A stretch of DNA of 64,000 nt from NCBI GenBank assembly GCA_000708835.1, contig DF237199.1:1-64000 (forward strand). The letters run 5' to 3'. Both the position numbers and the translations under genes were made by a program. Source of the stretch: Klebsormidium nitens. Its lineage: Eukaryota > Plantae > Klebsormidiophyceae. Positions 37,155-49,907 of this stretch are shown one piece after another; within the stretch, counting starts at the first letter, position 1, and the number at the start of each line of letters is the position of its first letter. Below the pieces are notes generated by a model, which did no database searches, was not told where the DNA came from, and worked only from the letters and a program-made list of their open reading frames with translations.

Positions 37155-37969
37155 ATGGAGGCGCCCGCGTTGCTGTCAGCCCAGGCACCTCCGTTTCAAA
37201 GAAAACTCCGAGAGGGATTGGGAAGAAGCAGACGACCCGTCCGTCGGTCTGCCGAGGCTAGTAGACGGAGAAGCTCCAGTGACTCCAGAGTTAAGAAGAA
37301 AGAGGAGACGGGCCCACCTAGCGAGTCCCTTACTTTCCAACGAGAAGAAGGAGTCTGACGGCAGGTTGCGTGGGGGTACTCGAGAGTTAGATGGCTTTTA
37401 TGAGGCGATTGGCGGGGAAAGGGCAGATGGGGATGATCCATCGGCTGTCTCCACAAGCGGGAGGTTTGATGAGAGGATCAAGGAGGTCGTGAGGGCGGTT
37501 ATAGCTCCTTATGAAAGCAAAGTGGAAATTTTGTCAAGGGAGGTGCTTCGGCTTCGAGAGAGAGTTGATCACATCAGCATTAGGGCCCTATTAGATGATG
37601 CTCGAGCAAAGGTCCTTTGGCTCCTTAATCTCCGCCGTTAAGACGAAAAAGTTGTCCTCAGACACAAGAACGAACTGAACAATATGGGTTTAGCAGACGA
37701 GCACATAAGATTTCTGCTGAGCGCGAAGAAGGGGGACAACGTCCTAAGGAGCCGTGCAAACAGAGCTGCCCACGATTTCCCCTGGACAGACATTGCCTCT
37801 GTTGTCAACCGTTCCGATGAGGGGCGTGCGACCGCAGCTTGCACACATCTTCAAGTTTTGCTACGTCGGCCGTGCCTGGTACCACACCAACTCAGTCCGC
37901 CTTGACAAGGCGCCAGGCGAGTTGTGGTCGATGAGACTGGGCCGGTGGGTGCGGTGGGGGAGCGTCTGA
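37155..37969 (+). pseudogene. Intronless pseudogene: coiled coil plus HEPN-like R-x2-[GA]-N-x-A-A-H motif
   Basis: ATG 37155; +1 frameshift at ~37200; in-frame TAA 37639-37641, after which the frame continues through LRSRANRAAH; second likely frameshift at ~37830 into LAHIFKFCY. Confidence 0.5.
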
Positions 37970-38940
37970 GGCCAGGATAGGTGCGGTTCGTTCTGAGACC
38001 AGTGAATGCACAAGCTTTTCGAAGAGTGGGAAAGATAATCTCTCATTACTGTCTGCGAAGACTTGTAATTATGCTTTTAAAATGCTCGATATATTAAGGC
38101 TATCAATGTGGATCAGCCAGCACAAGTCGAAGCTGCTCAATCTTCCGTTACATCCTCCCTGTCAGCGAGCTGACTCTACTTGGTCCTGGCTTGCTCTCTT
38201 GCTCCGTCAACAGACTCTGGACGTTCCTATCCAGATTCATTTTGTCCCGCGGACGAGAACGGGGCACTCTTTTCTTTCTTACAGGCATCTTACGCATTCA
38301 AGTCGGCCATCTTCCTGAACGGCCGCTGCTGCTTCCTCTAATTCAACTTCCAATACAACCAGAACAGACGAGACCCACAAAGTTTTCAACCCAGAATATC
38401 AATCGGTATTTCCACTCTGCAGGAGACTGCAGCAACGGCAAGATTTTGCGGCCGCGCACATTTGAGGCCCTTCTCGCCGTTTGCTTCAGCGTGGGTGCTC
38501 CATCATCTTGCTTTCCGTCTCCTCGGGCGCGCAGCAACGGGGAAGCAACGGGGAGGTGGGTCACTTGCTGACAGAATCGGACGTACCCTCCCGTCTCAAC
38601 CGTGCGGCGACGGCTGAAGTTGTAAATCTCCTCGACCTGCAAGAGCGGTTGCTATTCACATATTCAAAGATCTCCGGCCCGACCGATGACATGCTCTAGT
38701 AACGGACAGATGGTTCTCGCAGTGGAAGTTCAGGCATATTGAAACCGGTTGTCAATGTCTTCGGCTGCCCTAAACTTCTGAACTTTGGGAGTTTCGAGTT
38801 TGAATTCTAGAAATTCTACATTAAAGCCATGATGATTTATGAAGAGGCACGACTTTCTGGTCCACGCTTGTTCGGAGATACCGTCTGGCCATGGCAGCCC
38901 GTATTGGGCGAAGTCTCCGCGTTGGAAGCTTTGATCGTTA

Positions 38941-39234
38941 GGCGGGTCGAATTTAATTTCCGGGTTCCGGTCCTACCCCCTTTTGGGTGGGTCGGTCGGT
39001 CGGGAAGAAATAATAGTTGGTTTTTTGCTAGTATGTTTGAAATATGAAATGATATGGAATATTTTTGGGGCAAGAACTTCATTCTTGGCCCAGATTTCAT
39101 TATTTTCAATCCAAAATGACCCAATATCGGGATATCTGGGCCAAAATACTGACTATATTTATTATTTTCCCCCAAAATCCTTCGGATTTTGGATCGGTCG
39201 GGGACCGGAAACCGGGATTTAACTTCGAGTCGCC
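38941..39234. mobile_element. Tourist-like (PIF/Harbinger) MITE, 294 bp
   Basis: Imperfect ~34-bp terminal inverted repeats (GGCGGGTCGAATTTAATTTCCGGGTTCCGGTCC vs reverse complement GGCGACTCGAAGTTAAATCCCGGTTTCCGGTCC), TTA target-site duplication on both flanks (38938-40, 39235-37) and an AT-rich noncoding interior. Confidence 0.88.
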
Positions 39235-39997
39235 TTATCCACAGTTTACTTTCCCTCGTGTGTGAGCATCTCTTAACCCTGTCAGGGGCCGTAGGAATCA
39301 TGCTGTACGCTGAAGTCGGGGCTCGCGAGATTCTTACGATTCACGCTGTTTCGCGTGTGAGCACCCATCAGATGGTGTCAGAATCATTCTGCAGGGATAT
39401 TCGGGCTGATTGGGCGTAATAGCTTTGTGCAGGTTGTGGCTCGGCGTGCTGCGCACCAGCTCGGCTTCTCCCGCAGAATCAGCCAAAGACTCTGTGGCAT
39501 ACGACCGGGAAAAGGACTGGGGGCGGTGTTTCGAAAAGCATCTGAAAGATTCAGTCGAATTCTGACTCGGACGATGAGTAGGCGTCAAGCTGCCTGATTT
39601 GCAGAGGACTATCCTCAAAGCACTGCTTGCAACCCAACACAGTGTCAACAGCGAGGATCCTTCTTCTACGTAAAGCACTCTGACGGGCTACTTCAGTGAA
39701 ATTTGTTCCGTACTTAGTACTGAATCCTGAGCTAAACTGTCCCGATTGCAACAGAATGATTCACAAGCTCCAACTCGATGCTCTGAAGGTCTCCGTATGA
39801 TAACCTGACTTCCCCAGGTCCGCTTTGTGACTCGAACACCCTCGTATCGACGCTGGGTCCGATTAGAGAATGTGAACCCGAACAAGCGTCACTGGGCGGC
39901 ATGATTGCAGAGCTCCAGAGCTTGAGACAAGGACGTTTTAACAATTCATGCAATTTGTTGCAGAAAAGGATATCTGTGGCTGCTTATAATTATTCGA

Positions 39998-40045
39998 TTG
40001 TCCAATTAGTACTGACGTTATTCAGTTGTCCGATTAGTACTGACG
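39998..40045. repeat. 20-bp direct repeat pair (TTGTCC[A/G]ATTAGTACTGACG), 28-bp period
   Basis: Copies at 39998-40017 and 40026-40045, one mismatch. Confidence 0.8.
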
Positions 40046-40963
40046 ATCTAAGAAGTAGCGGACGGTCTCAATTCTCGATCGTATTTTCAGGCTTTAATTC
40101 GACACGTACCCACCATCAGCATGTGCGATGTAAACAGAGATCATGCATGATCCACGGCCGGCGTGCGTGCCGCCGGCCACACGTACGCCCAGGTATAACC
40201 TGCCATGAGTATTAGGCAACTATTGATCAGGATCGTACTAGCTTATAACCAAGAATCTGAAAGCTGCGTGGCCACAGCCGCGCTCAGACATGTGAGCTTC
40301 AAGGGTAAATTCGTTGTCCATGCATACCTTCAGCTAGAGTATGGATTACTGCATGCGCCGGGTGCGTCGTACTAATTCTTCGTCAAATACAATCAAGTAT
40401 TGTCTCCACATGGAATTTGCACGATCCACATGTACTAACGTTGGAACACAATTCAGGGTTGAGACAGATAGAGCTCGTATGCAGAGATACCGACCCATTA
40501 AATATCAACCGCAACTCCTCACAAGGGGAGCTGCAAGCTGCAAATGTGACCCAAGTTCTACTCAAGTACTACAAACTAAATGCACACTGATGAAGCGGAC
40601 TCGATTACAAGAGAAGCCATACTACATAGACGGCGATTGAAGGCATGATTGCCAGTAAAGATAATACTTTCATGCAGAAAATGTCCCATCGCGCCAATGA
40701 AGTCAATGTCCCCAAACTACAATCACGACATGGCACCATCCTTGGTCTTATTGTTCGTGCAGGACTACCTTGCCCGTACTCAAGCCAGATCCTGATTATG
40801 TACTGTTGACATGTTCAAAGCGAACTGGGCTCAAAGAAGTTGGCAGATCGGGTAATATCCTCCGCCCCAAGGAGGTGCCCCGTTTCTTAACGACCTGAAA
40901 CGTTTCGAACTTATTTGCTAACTCCATAAGACAAGGCCGCTGGTGCTTCCCAAGTTCAATCGC

Positions 40964-43951
40964 CTAGTAAGGGACGTTTCGGGGCAGGTTGTTATTTACG
41001 TTCGCCTTCATCATCACCCGGGTCCGTTGCTGCTCCAGCCGCCGCGCCTGCTTGACACCCTGGTCTGTGGCCGATGTCCACTGGTGCTGCTTTGTGGCCA
41101 GCCCCAGAGCACGGTACCTGGAAAACAAATAAGAAGCCGTATTTGCAAAGCTCTCGTGAAAACACGGCAAAGCTTTCAATGCATAAGAAACTGAGGCCAG
41201 AGAAATTTGTGACACTGAGGCAAAGAAGCAGAAACTGTAGATCTCAATACTTACAGCTTTGCATAGCCCCAACAACAGGAACCATTATGAGCACAGTCTG
41301 ACCGCATACGCCTTAGAGCGTGCTTTGCGAGCTTCCTAGAGCCAGTTGAACAACTCCCAGCGCAGGGCTGGTTCCAGTCCTTTACGTCAGCTTGGTCGTG
41401 CCCTTCCAAGGAAAGGCAAAAAACAGTGCAGGCCTCACCTTCCGACGACCTGGTTTACAAGCGCCACCTCGCGCCGCTCATTAGGCCGGTGCCGCTGCTT
41501 GTAGTAGCGCGCAAACTCCCGCGATCCAATTACCTTGGACGACTCCCCCGAAGAATCCGTGATGATGAGCTCGGTTCCAGTCTCCGACAGCGCGAGACCC
41601 GGCTCAGCGCCGTTCGCAGAGACAAGCTGCATGTGGTCGGCATCCGCGTAACTGCAAAGAAAGAAAAGAAACGGCTCGGTTTGTCCAATTTCTTCTGAAG
41701 TGTTCTGCTTCCGAACAGACTCACCATGTATGTTAGCTCTGATCAAGAACTAGACAGAACACCGACCCGACTGCAAAATGGAATTCTATTTCAGCGTCTT
41801 ACAGAACCTCGATTCAATGAAAAGTGCATACGCAACAGAGGATCCGAACCCTGATTTTTAACGGAAAAACGGAGGATATTCGAGCGATAGCAGCTACTAG
41901 AATATCCTCCCCCTTGGAAGTTTTGCATGTAGGGTTTTGTATGGGGTTAAGGGTTTTCCGTTTTCGAAGCAGGGAACTTGCTGAGCTTAGTAGGGGAATA
42001 GTCTACCAATTTTGGAACATGTCACGTCGATAAGATAGGCAAACATCCAGGGCAAGAAGGTCCAAGAATGATTCAAAAAGCCGATCGCACATGACAGGGC
42101 TGCCCACCTGGAGGAGAAGTCATAGAAGGCTGCCAGCTCCTCGTCAGGCCCGTCTTCGTACGGCAACTTGCAGTGGCTCTTATCGGCCATGTGCTTCCGC
42201 GCGGCCTCCATGCTGCTGAAGTGACGCCCGCTCGTGTCACACAGCAGGCACATGTGAGCTACCGACACCTGCAGTGAAATGGGCTTGATCAGTGAAGGAT
42301 CGCCCGACTAAGGACCATGCAAATCAGATGATAATGAGAGTGTGTACTTTAGTAAACAGGGTTGGATTGCCCATGACTTTGAAAGGTGAAGGAAGCCAAC
42401 CTACCAATCTCAAGGAACTCAGGCACCAGGTAGAGAAGAAGACACGAACACACGCCAGCATCAGACAGCAATATAAAAGGTGGCCTATTTTAGAGCGACT
42501 CAATCTAAATCCAGGGAGGCAACCAGCCAAAAGAAAGACCTTTCTGTTGGACATAAGTTAGAAAGAGGTTGTCCCCTGCCGTAAGGGATCGCCATACAGA
42601 CTGCTGTACAACGATGCCAGCCCCCTCACCTTGAACCCCAGATACTGCAGCATGCCCGTGAGGTCCTTGACATACTCCACGTCCGGTATGAAGAACCCAT
42701 GGGCCGAGTGCATGTGCGCCACACATGCCTCCACGTCCCCCTTGTGATCCTTCCCGCAGAACAGGCACTGCGTTGGGTCCCACTCAGGCCCGTCCTCTTC
42801 CATAGACGTGCTCTCCTCGCCCCTCCGCTCATGCGCCGCCCCTGCAGCCTCCTCTTCTACTTCGTCCCCATCAACCTCCTCCCAGTCGCTATCCTCACTT
42901 TCCTCTTCCTTTTCTAATTCTTTGCCTCGCTGCGCCCCATTCTCTACCGGTGCGCGCACAGGCGCAGGCCGGATCTTTGCCTCAGGTGCTGCAGAACCCT
43001 CGGGCGCCGCAGCCGCTCTTTTGAGGTGTTGTTTTGTGAGCAGGTGCTGCTTGTACGCCTGCTCGCTCGAGTACTGCTTTCCACATAGCGTGCATGTGTA
43101 CAGAAGCCGCTCTGCAGTGGTCGCCTCTGCTGCGAGCGCCTCCCGCCGCTTCTCAAACCACGCATCAGTAACGCCGGGGAGACCGGCAACCTGGAGGAGA
43201 AGGGTGGTGGTGTAAGAGCCTAAAAACTTAGGGAGCCCCAAGACGCACTACTTTGAATTGCCAGGCAGCCAAAGATAGGGAGAAATTCCAGCGGGGAAAG
43301 AGACCAACAATGGCATGCAGACTCGGACACAGCCGAAGCAGAGGTCTTGAAGCCCTTCCGAAGCGCGTGAGAGGATTGACTCTTTGACGCGCTAGGTTTG
43401 ACCGCTTGACCACAACCCAAATTGAGCACAAGGTGTCAGAACCCTTGATCTCAGTGAAGCACTGGTGTCACGACGTCAAGCAGCTAAAGCTGGTGGTGAT
43501 TCGTTGTCATGCCTGGCAGTGCAACAGTAAACTCTTGCTTGCTTCAGTAAACTCTATGCTTGCTTGCTTCAGTAAACGTGTCACAAGTACAACTATGCAA
43601 CGCTCACTTTGCAGCCAGGCAAACATCGGCAGAAAGAAACTGCCATTTTGATACGATAACATGCTTGCACCATTACCATAAACAGGCTTAGTTTCGGAAT
43701 ATTGTCACTGTGTTCACAACCAAAACATTGGATGCAGCATGCAGGCTTGCAGATGGTGGCAATCTCCTCAAAAAGAAACCAGCAACTACCTAACCCTAAA
43801 AAACAGGGTGGTTGGCCAGCCAGAGTAGAAAAAGGAAACTTGCCTTGCGCTTCAGATTATACCGATGCCAGTCGCACCTGTAGTGGACCTTTTGAGCAGC
43901 TTCATCTGAAAAGGTCACGTTACAAGCGTTGCAGGTCATAGCGGTGGCCAT
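40964..43951 (-). CDS. REI1: Cytoplasmic 60S ribosomal subunit maturation factor REI1/ZNF622-like C2H2 zinc-finger protein (398 aa)
   Basis: Exons 43951-43844, 43190-42630, 42268-42108, 41651-41439, 41117-40964 (1,197 nt). Motifs TCNACNVTF...HYRCDWHRYNLKRKVAGLPGV, CTLCGKQYSS, CLFC...HMHSAHGFFIPDVEY, HMADKSHCK, GSREFARYYKQR and NLPRNVPY. Confidence 0.95.
43525..43577. repeat. Short intronic minisatellite (CAGTAAACTCT..TGCTTGCTT, ~2.4 copies)
   Basis: Seen directly in REI1 intron 1. Confidence 0.75.
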
Positions 43952-44659
43952 CGAAACCCTTGCCTGCAGCAGCCAAATCCAGAAGATGTCGAACCACCCC
44001 CGGATCGAAGCAAAAAGGGGGCGATCTCCCTCCAAACCACAGTGCTGAAAGGCGCTGCCAAGAAGGAAGGTGAAAGCAACGGAAGCTGGGAACTGGAGCT
44101 TGAAAAAGTCTGCAATAGGTACCAGGTCCATGATCGATGGAGACTCTGTTTCGAGGAAGTTCTGAAGATCTTGATAAAGGTGCCAAGTGGAAAAGTGCTG
44201 ACTCACACATGTGGAACTTGCTGTGTTTAGAAGCTCGTATAGGACACATGTTCTCTGGATTTCAGCAGCTCACCATTTTATGCATGATTCGATGCGTACT
44301 ACACAAGTAGAACACAAGTGAAATTGGAATAATGAAAAATGTGGGAGCGCCTATCGGATCCAACTTTCGTCGCTTTTTCGTGCGTCCCGAAATTTTGTAG
44401 ATTGTTGGAAAGGGGTGGAAATGGGCGTAAACAGACGGAAATTGGCATGTCTAGCTAGCAGAAGACGCGCTACTGCAACTCCATTGCAATGCAGGGCAGG
44501 CTGCCAGTGCAAGCTTCAGCTTCATGGCGAAAGGACTGACTGCATAAGAACAGCCTCATTGGATTTTGTCAGCATTGTCTACTTCGCTTCTTTGCGAAAT
44601 TCTCCATCATTCCACGCAGCTCATTTCCAGTGCTATAAAAACCTTCCTTCTGCTTTCAG

Positions 44660-47645
44660 ATGAGCACTCTCCTTCTTCCACGTTTGGCTCGCAGCCAGCT
44701 CGCAAACCTTTGCTCCTCCACGTCTTCAAGGAAAGCTAGCCCAACTCTAGAAAGCATTCCACGTCGCTTAGCTGCTGCGTCCCACCAAAGCCCCCTGCTC
44801 CAATCCAGATTGACACAGCTTTCAGAAAGCAAAGGGCCTTTGACAGCAAAGCCGGTTAGGAAGCTGAGTAGTCCCAGCCAAGCTCTGGTGACACGGGCAC
44901 TGAGGACACAAGTGGAGACTAGCCCATCAAAAAACATGTGAGACTCGCATTGTATTTGTACTTGGAATCCACAATGCTGTCAGACTTTGATGCCTGTTTG
45001 CTGCAAAATCCCCCGATGCCTAACATCTCAATCACTCCAGGATTATAACAGCCTCAAAGCTGGCCCCATTGGTTCAAAGTCCCTCGTCCTAGGCAGATCC
45101 TGTTCTGCTTTCTTTCTAATAGTCTCAAGTATAAGCTGACCTTCCTCTCAGGACAGCATGCTTTTCTAACTCTACAATTTTGTATCGGCAAATGACCTTG
45201 TTGATCGATTTCCCGATTTTGCAGGTCGCTGCGTCTCATCCCCAATAAGGGACTGTACGTGTCTACCCCAACCTGGTGGCTTGAAAGCAGGTTCCACTTC
45301 AGTTTTGCTGAGTAAGTATTATCCGGCGATCCTCATTGGTGGGCAACTCAATTCCAGACTTTTCTATGACATCTTTGGTTCACAAATGCAGGGGGGTTTA
45401 AAATAGTTGTGTCGGCCACATACAGAGCAATTTGTGAGGAAATTGGAAATGGGCAATGCCAGCCTCATCTTCATCTTATCTTGGCATTCTTTTTCCCCAT
45501 ATCCTAGAAAGCCTACTCTTCCTTGAAGTATTGCAATGATTGGGCAATGCCAGCCTCAACTTCACCTTATCGTGGCATTCTTTTTCCCCATATCCTAGAA
45601 AATATACTCTTCCTTGAAATATTCCAATGATCTGCCTTCCTGCAAACACGCTCAGAATGAGTCAGGCTCTGATCAGATTGCAAGAAGTGAAAGCACTTGA
45701 GGAGTTAATTTTGTGAGACTGGATCAAGTCCAAGTGAATGGGTCACCAAAGATTTATCTCTGTGCTCCTGGAGCAATTTCTCAAGGTTATCGTTGTTGCT
45801 TTTCCAAGTGTAACCGTTGGCCATATGTTTTCCTGCAGGCACTATGATCCCAAGCGGACCGACTTCGGAGTGCTGCGGGTGCTCAATGATGACCTGGTGC
45901 AGGTGAGGAGTTGCAGATGTCTCCCTCAAGAGCTTCGTGTCAGAGTTCAGATTGCTAAGGGTTTGCTAGACAAGAAAAGGTAGAAAGCATATTGGAAGAG
46001 CAACATGACCGAAACATAGTAAGCAAAGGAATGGACCATGAGTGCTTGTCACATTCTTGAAATTCATGCCAGTATCTGTCACGAGCATTGTGGATATTCT
46101 TGTTTTATTCCAGTGCCCAGACTGCTTCGCAAGTCCAACCGTTGATTCCACGTGAACGATGGTACAGATCCCTGTACTGTGATACTAGGAAAACATGACA
46201 CCTCAATTTTTCGTGTCTTGCAGCCTCACTCTGGTTTTGGGACGCATCCCCACCGCGACATGGAGATATTCACCTACGTCGTGAACGGGGAGCTGTGGCA
46301 CAAGGACAGCATGGGCATGGCGGAGTCCCTGCCACGCGGCTCCGCCCAGTACCTCAGCGCAGGGACTGGCATTACACACTCCGAGATGAATAATGGTGAC
46401 AAACTGTGAGTGCGCGCACACCCCCCCAACTCGGACACGAAGTTTTCTGCAGACAGCGGGGTTCAGTCTATGTGACGGTGTATGACTTCAGTGTTCTTGA
46501 TTCTCTGGACTACCTGACTGTGACACTAGAGTGGTTTACATTTACGCTGGTGCCTCGAAGGGGCTTTCTGTATGGGCCTCCTTTTCAGGGACCTTTGGCA
46601 AGCTGGCCATTACTGGAAAGCAGAAATAACCGTTAAGTAAACAAATTCAGCAAGAATGTCGAATCTACTCATATTGAATCCGGGGAGTGAGACCAGAGTG
46701 GATTGTTGTCCCAAACATACCCAACAAGCATCCGAGGGAAAATCTTTGAAAAAACCCCATCGAACTACCTATGGTTGGAATCAAGTCCTGCAATCGCAGC
46801 ACAGTTTTTTTCGACTCTCCTCGACTCAGTCGAACATACTGACCCCCGACGCCCCTGCTCCTTCCCCAGGCTGCGCTTCCTCCAGATCTGGATCAAGCCG
46901 GACGCGCGCGGCTACAAGCCCAACTACGGGTCGCGGCAGTTCCCGTCCAAGGAGGTGCGCCACAACCAGCTGCAGCAGCTGCTGACCAGCTACAAGCGGG
47001 CCGCATCGGAGGAGGACACGGGGAGCGGGGTCATCCCCATCCACCAGGACGCCAACATCTACGTATCTGAGGCGGACCCGGGAGTGAAGCAGGAGTTCAC
47101 GCTGGAGAAGGGCCGCCAGGCGTACCTTGTGTGCATTGAGGGGGCGCTCAGCGTGAACGGGACGGACATGGAGGAGCGGGACGCTTTGGAGGTGAGGATG
47201 CGGTGTGGGTGACTGCCAGCGAAAGTAAGGCGGAATTGTGGTGTTCTGCAAGGGGTTTCTGCTTGAGAGCCAATAGGGTATGGCGCGTGAGGACAGGACG
47301 CTGCCGGAGTTGCCAGGGTAGCATGCTGCGTGCTTCCAATTGCTTGAAGCCCTGAGATCGTGGACGCTTTGAGACCGTTGGTGTGGATGGACTGAGTTTC
47401 AGTATACGAGCGGACAGCCGTGACCTTCTGGAAGAACCAGGCCCAACATTTCAAAGCAGACGTTGATTGTTTTGACGTGATTTGGACCATCTTGGCTGAT
47501 AAGTCTTGTGCAAGTTCTGATTTTCGTCGTCCTTTCTCGTGGCTTGCAGGCCGTCGCCCCCAAGACCGATGCTCTTCCCTTGAACCTGGAGGCAGATGCG
47601 CAGAAAGGCGCGCACTTCCTGATGATCGAGATGGCCCAGCCGTAG
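44660..47645 (+). CDS. Pirin-family cupin (YhhW/quercetin 2,3-dioxygenase-like), paralogue A, with Ser/Arg-rich transit-peptide-like N-terminus
   Basis: Exons 44660-44937, 45225-45311, 45839-45902, 46224-46405, 46870-47191, 47550-47645. Motifs WLESRFHFSFAE, FGVLRVLNDD, GFGTHPHRDME, SAGTGITHSEMN and RFLQIWIKP; all four metal ligands (H, H, H, E) are present. Confidence 0.93.
45450..45631. repeat. 91-bp x2 tandem duplication in pirin A intron 2
   Basis: Units start at 45450 and 45541 (TGGGCAATGCCAGCCTCA...CCTAGAAA...CAATGAT), with few mismatches. Confidence 0.92.
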
Positions 47646-49907
47646 GCCATGGAGAACACAGCTTGCTGTATACAATAGAGTTATGACAGCCGCAAATGAG
47701 CTAGGCGGCTCTTGCGGGGTGCCAACAATAGGTCAAAGAAAAGTTGGCTTGGTGGTTGTGGAAACGTTTATAGGGGCTGGCTGAGTTGAGCTGTCGGGTT
47801 TAAGATCTAGTTCAACAGCCATATTGCTTAGCTTAAAGTTAGACGTAAGTTGCAAGAATAAATACTTGGGCATCCGCATTCAATTGCATGCTGCACCTAC
47901 GCACAGCATTAGAGAGGTCGTATATTCTGAACTGGGACATGTTGTGCAGACGGCCTAGAATGTAACATAATCTGACGCCAGCAATTGGTTGAGAACATTT
48001 TGCATTTTTAGGAAGTCTTGAGTCCCAACTGTTGCTACATTCCATCGAAGGGTCGGCTACTTGTTTGGGATCGAACACAACGAACGAATAAAAGTTTAAA
48101 CTAGACACCCACCGGGCGACCTGATTTTATGCTGATTGTATACACATGTTTCTTCGCTTGCTTCAAACCATGCTCATCGTTCAGGTTGATTGGCAGTCAT
48201 AGGCGCGGGGAGCGCGGAACTGGAACACGTGTACTAGCAGGATGCGCATTATGTACGTGAACACTGTCTCTATCTAGTGATGCAATATTGACGGTCGGCA
48301 CATAACGAATTGATGTACAAGAGATCATAGTGTGTTCAAACGTCATGTACGTGTTCAACCATCATGAGTCATGTGCCCTGGAGTCACTTGAGGGTTCTGA
48401 AAACCAACCGGCTACTTAGACGGACCTTTGCAAGCGATTGTATACAGGGGATATACAGCTGCAGGATCTGCATGGCCATTTGTTCACAGAATGTGTAACT
48501 CGGTGATGATTGTTTGCATTTGGCCTCGAACTCTACATGGCCTCAATGGATTTCAAGGGGAGTAAACAAACAACCAACAGCAAATTATCTATATCCGGCC
48601 ATGACAACCACCGTCGATATCCATTGCGACGTTTCAATCAGATCGTGATGCCATCTCATGCGGAACTTTAAGCTCTAGAGCTAGTCTAGGGTCCCTTAAG
48701 TTTCTGAAATCTTCTTGTGGCCTTTCTGCCTGACCATGCCCGAGTCCCCCCGGCCAGACGGCACGAACCAATGATGGCATCTGCATGACTCACGAGCCGG
48801 GCACGAGCCCCCCTCACGAGACTCGCCGCCTTGGCAGCTTCATGGCCACCGTGGATAGCTGCTGTTGCGACTTGCAAGAATTCGTTAAATAGGCTCGAAA
48901 TAACGACCAGTTAACGGGCTGTGCCATCATCCGACGACTAATTCATCATCTGTGGCCGAGTCGTAGGGATCCCTGGATCCCTTTGCACTAGCGTGTCCGG
49001 ATTGGCCCCGAGCGGAACCGGAACCAGTTGGCAGCTTTCCGTCCGTTCGGACTCGTCTCACCGGAAAGCCGTTGCACGAAGTTGGCGGGCAGCTCCACTT
49101 CAATGAGCAAGCGTCACGGTCGCCAGAATCGGCTCTTTTTGGACATTTCAGGCGAAACCCGGAAGGAGTTTGGGTAACGTGGTAGTGTTTTGTGACCCGC
49201 AGTTCTCGGGATTTCTGGGCACCGTCGATCCATGTCGAATTTGAAGGCTGAAAAGTGATGCATACATCCGTTCGACGACGTACTTTCGGTGGTCGTCCGA
49301 CCTTTCGCCGGCTCCTTTCGAGATGGTTCTCGACTTGCCAAAATGCAGCCAAAAAGATCTGAGCGGAGGGGAAGGCGACCGCGAGAACATTCCTCGTGCA
49401 TGCTGGAGATCTCAGGAGAGAGCTAGGGAAGCAAAGAGTTGCACTACTTGCACTGGCAGCCTGCATGGGCGCATGTACCTAGGTGTCTCCTAGCAATGAT
49501 AATCTCAAGTATGCAGAGCGCTCCAGCAATGGAGGGTCGCAGCAGATCTGAGGATGTCAGGGAGCTTGAAGCTCTGTCTTTATTATTGCTGCTGCAGAAA
49601 TCAGTTCATCATTGTTCTGACCGTAGACCTTCCGGGCATCCACTTCTGCAATCCAAGGCAACGGCTGCTCTGCCATGTTTGTCAGGCGGTGGCCACATTG
49701 CGGGCATATTCCAAGAGTTTACCGCGCAGTGCGCTGGAAAGAGTGTTGGAGATGGACATTGCACTGCTCTTGACCATTGTGAGCTAGAGCGCCGGAAGCC
49801 AGCATATCCTTACACAGAAAGCGGCTGGCAAACGCAAGACAGAAGTGCCAAGGTTGCGTCCTCAGGCAGGGGCAGAAGAAAAGCAGGGCGTTTGTGTAAA
49901 AAGCATC

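Noticed and set aside
38837-39301. 154-aa minus-strand ORF spanning the MITE
   Set aside because: It runs through both TIRs, has no transposase motifs, and is best explained as chance.
5012-40200. Recurring GTATAAC motif (5012, 5024, ~16328, ~40194)
   Set aside because: It is too short and the flanks do not align, so it is compatible with chance or TATA-like sites.
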